Shown here piece by piece: positions 59,704-64,000 of a DNA stretch of 64,000 nt. This DNA comes from a bacterium. Its GTDB lineage: Bacteria; UBA8248. The DNA lies in assembly GCA_965261085.1 (NCBI GenBank), contig OZ253442.1, positions 3,456,001 through 3,520,000 on the forward strand. The letters run 5' to 3'. The notes beneath the pieces were generated by a model. That model was not told where the DNA came from. It made no database searches and was given only the letters and a program-made list of their open reading frames with translations. Both the position numbers and the translations under genes were made by a program. The stretch's first letter is position 1. Each line of letters begins with the position of its first letter.

Positions 59704-60785
59704 CTCAGCTTCAGCGTCGCCAAACTCATGAGCGCCAAAACGACCGCCACAATCCAGAAGCGGACCGTCACCTTGGGTTCGGACCAACCCTCTTCCTCGA
59801 AATGGTGATGCAGCGGCGCCATGCGGAAGACACGCCGGCCGGTGAGCTTGAAGGAGACCACCTGCACGATGACCGAAAGCGTCTCGACTACGAACAAGCC
59901 GCCCACCAACAACAAAAGGATCTCCTGCTTGATCGCCAGCGCCACCGTGGCCAACAGCGCGCCCAGCGAAAGCGCGCCCACGTCGCCCATGAACACCTGC
60001 GCCGGATATGCGTTGAACCACAGGAATCCAAGCCCCGCGCCGAACATGGCGCCGCAGACGACGGCCAGTTCTCCCGCGCCCCGAACGTGGAGGATGAGCA
60101 AATACTTGGAGATGCCCGCATGGCCCGAGACGTAGCTGAAAACGAGATACGCCCCCGCCGCGATCAGCAGCGGGCCGATGGCGAGACCATCCAGGCCGTC
60201 CGTAAGATTCACGGCGTTGCTCGTCGACACGATGACGAGGGCGGCGTAGGGCACGAACCATATCCCGATGTCGGGTTGTAGGTTCTTAAAAAAGGGCACC
60301 ATGACGACGGGCTTGAAATCCATCTCCACGAAACCACTATAAAGGGCGTAACCCACGACGAGGCCGATGCCCCCTTGGATCAGGAATTTCATGGAAGGTC
60401 TCACGCCGTTTTTATCTTTCAGGATCACTTTCGTGTAGTCATCCCAGAAACCCAGAAGGCCGAAGGCGAGCAGAACGAAGAGGGCGAGCCAGATGTAGCC
60501 GTTTCCGAGGTCGTTCCACAGCAATACCGGCACGGCCACGCACAAGAGGATGAGAAGCCCTCCCATGGTTGGCGTTCCTTTTTTCGCCATATGGCTCTGG
60601 GGCCCATCGTCGCGGATAACTTCGCCGATTTGACGTTTCTGGAGATAACGAATCAGGAGAGGCCCCAGCAACAGCGACATGACGAGGGCGGAGAGCACCG
60701 CCGTCGCCGTCCTGAACGTGATGAAGCGAAACACGTTGAGCGCCGAGATCGTCTGACTCAAAGAAATGAAAGCGGAATAGAGCAT
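59700..60785 (-). CDS. mraY: Phospho-MurNAc-pentapeptide transferase
   Basis: KKGTPTMGG, NAVNLTDGLDGL, FMGDVG and MAPLHHHFE. Confidence 0.97.
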   Translation of the reverse strand: MLYSAFISLSQTISALNVFRFITFRTATAVLSALVMSLLLGPLLIRYLQKRQIGEVIRDDGPQSHMAKKGTPTMGGLLILLCVAVPVLLWNDLGNGYIWLALFVLLAFGLLGFWDDYTKVILKDKNGVRPSMKFLIQGGIGLVVGYALYSGFVEMDFKPVVMVPFFKNLQPDIGIWFVPYAALVIVSTSNAVNLTDGLDGLAIGPLLIAAGAYLVFSYVSGHAGISKYLLILHVRGAGELAVVCGAMFGAGLGFLWFNAYPAQVFMGDVGALSLGALLATVALAIKQEILLLLVGGLFVVETLSVIVQVVSFKLTGRRVFRMAPLHHHFEEEGWSEPKVTVRFWIVAVVLALMSLATLKLR

Positions 60786-62200
60786 CAGATTTCCAATCCT
60801 TTCACGACGCGTTCCATCATCATCGAGCGCGACCCCTTAACCAAAACCCAATCACCGGAGAGGAGCACCCCGGCCAGCGAGTAGGCGGCCTCCTCCGGCG
60901 TGTCGAAATTCATCAGCCGGGCGCCGTCCATACCCTCCCGGCGCGCTTCATCGGAAGCGAGCGTCATCAGCGGTCCCACGCCCACGAACAGGTCCACACC
61001 GCAAGCAACCAGTTTCCGGCCCACTCCCCGGTGCGCGCTCTCGGCGGCCGGCCCCAATTCCGCCATGTCGCCGAGAACCGATATGAGCCGCCCATCGCCC
61101 CTGAGGGCGCTTGCGGTTTCCAGCGCCTGGGAAACGGACCCAGGATTCGCGTTGTAGGAATCATCCAGAAGATGCACGCCCGCGCGTCCTGGTATCTCGC
61201 GCGCCTGCAAGCGCATTTCGGGGAGAACGGCCCGGAAAAGTCCGGAAGCTATCTCATCCAGGGCGACACCCAGCGCAGACGCGCAAGCCGCGGCGGCCAG
61301 CGCGTTCAAGACGTTATGCCGCCCGAGCGCCTTGATTCGAACCTCGCTCTCACCGTCGGGGCAGCGGAGCGTAAAGCGAGTTCCATCGGCTGAGATATGA
61401 ATTCCATCCGCCCAAAATTCGCTTTGCGGAGAAAAGCCGAAGTGAATCACACGCCCGCCCATCGCCTCATATCTCTCGGCCAAAACGCGACTGTGCGCAT
61501 CCTCGTTCGAGAGCACGGCCACTCCGCCAGGAGGCATCGCCTCGAGTATCTCGCCTTTCGCGTCGCGCACCGCCTCCACGCTGCCCAGCCCCTCGATGTG
61601 GGCAGGCCCCACGTTCGTGATGACGGCGACCTGGGGCCGGGCGATTTCGGCAAGCCTCCTGATTTCACCGGCCTCGCTCATCCCCATCTCGAAAACGGCG
61701 CTCGCATGCTCCTCGTCCAAACGGAGAACCTGGCGCGGCAGACCCACCAGGTTGTTGAGGTTCCCTTCGCTCTTGCACGCCTCGCCGCTGGTGGAGAGCG
61801 CCGCGGCAATCATCTCCTTCGTCGTCGTCTTCCCGTTGCTGCCCGTCACCCCCACCACGGGTATATCGAAGCGGCTCCGGTGCGCGCGCGCCAGATCGCC
61901 CAAGGCTCGCAGCGTGTCCGCAACCTCGATGATGAAAATCGAATCCCAATCGAGCGCGTCTGTGCCCTGCTCAACGACGACGCCCGCAGCTTTTTTCTCC
62001 ACCGCCTGGGCCAGGAATTCCGCCCCGTCGAAATTGGGGCCCTTGAGCGCGATGAACAACTCGCCCGCTCTCAGCGTGCGCGTATCCGTGCTCGCACCTG
62101 CGGCATGGGCCGAACCGTCTCCGCGGATGAGCCTCCCATTTACGGCCTTCGCGATTTCATTTGCGCTGAAAACAGCCGCCATCGATTCCGCCCCTATCAT
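60785..62200 (-). CDS. murF: UDP-MurNAc-tripeptide--D-Ala-D-Ala ligase
   Basis: TGSNGKTTTKEM, EMGM, DSYNANP, GDMAELG and LVKGSR. Confidence 0.95.
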   Translation of the reverse strand: MIGAESMAAVFSANEIAKAVNGRLIRGDGSAHAAGASTDTRTLRAGELFIALKGPNFDGAEFLAQAVEKKAAGVVVEQGTDALDWDSIFIIEVADTLRALGDLARAHRSRFDIPVVGVTGSNGKTTTKEMIAAALSTSGEACKSEGNLNNLVGLPRQVLRLDEEHASAVFEMGMSEAGEIRRLAEIARPQVAVITNVGPAHIEGLGSVEAVRDAKGEILEAMPPGGVAVLSNEDAHSRVLAERYEAMGGRVIHFGFSPQSEFWADGIHISADGTRFTLRCPDGESEVRIKALGRHNVLNALAAAACASALGVALDEIASGLFRAVLPEMRLQAREIPGRAGVHLLDDSYNANPGSVSQALETASALRGDGRLISVLGDMAELGPAAESAHRGVGRKLVACGVDLFVGVGPLMTLASDEARREGMDGARLMNFDTPEEAAYSLAGVLLSGDWVLVKGSRSMMMERVVKGLEI

Positions 62201-63705
62201 TTTTCATATCCCGCGAGGCGCAGCGCCGTGCGGGCCTCTTCGCGATCGTCAAACGCAGTGCGCTCGGTTCCCAGAATCTGATACGTCTCGTGCCCCTTGC
62301 CGGCGATGACCACGGCGTCTCCCTCGCGCGCCTCCGCGATGATCGCCCGAATCGCCTCGCGCCTGTCCAGAATGCTGCGCCAACGCCCATCACTCGCAGG
62401 CGCGAGAGCGGCGCCGGATTCCACTTCCCTCAGAATCGATGCAGGATCTTCCGTGCGCGGATTGTCGGAGGTCATCACCACGTAATCGCTCCCCCGCAAG
62501 GCGGCGGCGGCCATGAGCGGACGTTTTTTTCTGTCCCTGTCGCCCCCGCATCCCATAAGGGTGAGAATTCGCCTCTCCGTGATAGGCTGGGCGAACTCCA
62601 GCACACGGGCGAGAGCGTCCTCGGTATGCGCGTAATCCACCACCACCAGAAAGGGCTGGCCCGAATCTATCTTTTCAAAACGCCCGGGTATGTTCTTCAA
62701 AGACGTGATGCCCGCCGCCACTTCATCGAGCGTCAGACCCTGCGATAGACACGCCGCCGATGCGGCCAGGATATTGCTCAGGTTATGGCGGCCGATGAGC
62801 GCCGTTTCGACCCTCACTCCTCCGGCGGGCGTGAACATCTTGAAATTCATGCCCGCAGGAGAACTCGAGAGGTTCTCCGCGCCGAAGTCCGCCCTGGCGT
62901 CCAAAGCGTAGGTCCAGACTTTTCCCCTCGCCTCCGCAGCGATTCTTCTTCCGTAGGCGTCGTCGGTGTTGACGACGGAATTTGCGGGCGAGAAGTCTTG
63001 GAACAGCCTCAGTTTCGCCTGGAAATAAGACTCCATTTCGCCATGAAAATCGAGGTGGTCCTGGGTGAGGTTACTGAACACCGCCGCCTGAAACTCACAG
63101 CCGAGCAGCCTGCCCAGGGCCAGCCCGTGGCTCGACACTTCCATCACGGCATGGGAGGCGCCGGCGTCCGCCATCCGGCGCAGATACCGCTGGAGGTCGG
63201 GGCCTTCCGAAGTGGTGCGCGGCTCCTCGAACACCTCATCGCCCACACGGTAATGAATCGTCCCCATCAAGCCGGTGCGCCTGCCCGAGGATCGGAGAAT
63301 CGAATCGATGAGAAACGCGGTGGTCGTCTTCCCGTTGGTGCCCGTGACGCCGATGAGCGCCAGCTCTCCGGAGGGATGCCCGAAAAACGCATCGCCGATG
63401 CGGGATAAGGCCTCACGACACGAAGGCGCGACGAACTGGGGGATTTCAGGAGAGATGCCCTCTATTTTTCTCTCCACGACGAGGGCGGCGGCGCCCCCCT
63501 CAACCGCGTCTTTGGCGAAACCGTGCCCATCGGCCTGGAAACCCGCCACCGCGACGAAAACGTCGCCTGAGCGGACGAGGCGCGAATCGTAGGCCACGCC
63601 GGAGATTTGCGCGGAAAAATCTCCAGCGGCCTTCGCGCCGGGCATCGCCCGGGTCAATTCCTCGAATGAGGCGCTTTTCTCACTCACAACCATCACCCCG
63701 CTCAA
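62197..63705 (-). CDS. murE: UDP-MurNAc-dipeptide--meso-DAP ligase
   Basis: TGTNGKTT, MEVSSH, DHLDFH, DYAHT, the DAP-specific DNPR motif and AGKGHE. Confidence 0.96.
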   Translation of the reverse strand: MSGVMVVSEKSASFEELTRAMPGAKAAGDFSAQISGVAYDSRLVRSGDVFVAVAGFQADGHGFAKDAVEGGAAALVVERKIEGISPEIPQFVAPSCREALSRIGDAFFGHPSGELALIGVTGTNGKTTTAFLIDSILRSSGRRTGLMGTIHYRVGDEVFEEPRTTSEGPDLQRYLRRMADAGASHAVMEVSSHGLALGRLLGCEFQAAVFSNLTQDHLDFHGEMESYFQAKLRLFQDFSPANSVVNTDDAYGRRIAAEARGKVWTYALDARADFGAENLSSSPAGMNFKMFTPAGGVRVETALIGRHNLSNILAASAACLSQGLTLDEVAAGITSLKNIPGRFEKIDSGQPFLVVVDYAHTEDALARVLEFAQPITERRILTLMGCGGDRDRKKRPLMAAAALRGSDYVVMTSDNPRTEDPASILREVESGAALAPASDGRWRSILDRREAIRAIIAEAREGDAVVIAGKGHETYQILGTERTAFDDREEARTALRLAGYEK

Positions 63706-64000
63706 CGCACCGCATCCTGTAAAGCCGCCATCGAGCGGTCGCCATGCAGATAAAGGCGAACCTCCCTTGCGGCGTCAAAAATCTTCTCGCCTATCGTTCG
63801 ATTCCCATTCTCCAGGTTGGCGCGAACACGGACCCGGGGGCGCAAATCCGCCACCTGCAGAATCCTCGTCCCCTTCGGGGGCACGCGCATATAGCGCAGC
63901 GCCTGCCAGGCGATTCGCCGCCAAACCGGCGCCGCGACCGTTCCCCCCCACGCGCCTCCAGGCGCCTTCCCCTCATCGAAGATGACGATGAGGGCGAAGC
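63702..64000 (-). CDS. ftsI: Penicillin-binding protein FtsI, C-terminal fragment (start lies outside the window)
   Basis: Minus-strand reading ..IVIFDEG..GAWGGTVAAPVWRRIAWQALRYM.. resembles the end of a transpeptidase domain; directly upstream of murE. Confidence 0.75.
   Translation of the reverse strand, partial: FALIVIFDEGKAPGGAWGGTVAAPVWRRIAWQALRYMRVPPKGTRILQVADLRPRVRVRANLENGNRTIGEKIFDAAREVRLYLHGDRSMAALQDAVR

Noticed and set aside
56040-60261. Apparently extended MurG (758 aa) and MurD (651 aa) ORFs, and similarly YggS (384 aa)
   Set aside because: The N-terminal extensions are open frames overlapping ftsW, mraY and pgeF; the true starts are at 57125, 59703 and 49292.

Overview
Bacterial chromosomal window, mostly GC-rich, with two lower-GC stretches (~10-24 kb and ~27.8-30 kb, judged by eye). 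In order: a hydantoinase/oxoprolinase pair and a CUT1 sugar ABC transporter; class II ribonucleotide reductase nrdJ with NrdR and DnaA boxes; a three-unit array of covarying double-hairpin RNA structures and tRNA-Ala(CGC); a minus-strand cluster with a probable selenocysteine (CxxU, SECIS-like hairpin) AhpD/CMD protein, a lone molybdenum hydroxylase large subunit, queF and a TAA-interrupted Zn-dehydrogenase; an RND pump; an IS1182-family element; a small low-GC islet with possible defence genes; an acetoin/2-oxoacid dehydrogenase E1 pair; a 67-bp tandem repeat; a CCP/MauG-cytochrome c-beta-propeller cluster; two duplicated small membrane proteins; an FGE/cupin/CoA-transferase cluster; a NitT/TauT ABC system; tRNA-Asp; mtnA; and the ylm/dcw division and cell-wall cluster (ftsI to yggU). 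The best candidates for something new are the structured RNA array between nrdJ and tRNA-Ala and the hidden selenoprotein. Family assignments come from motif recognition only; no database searches were run.
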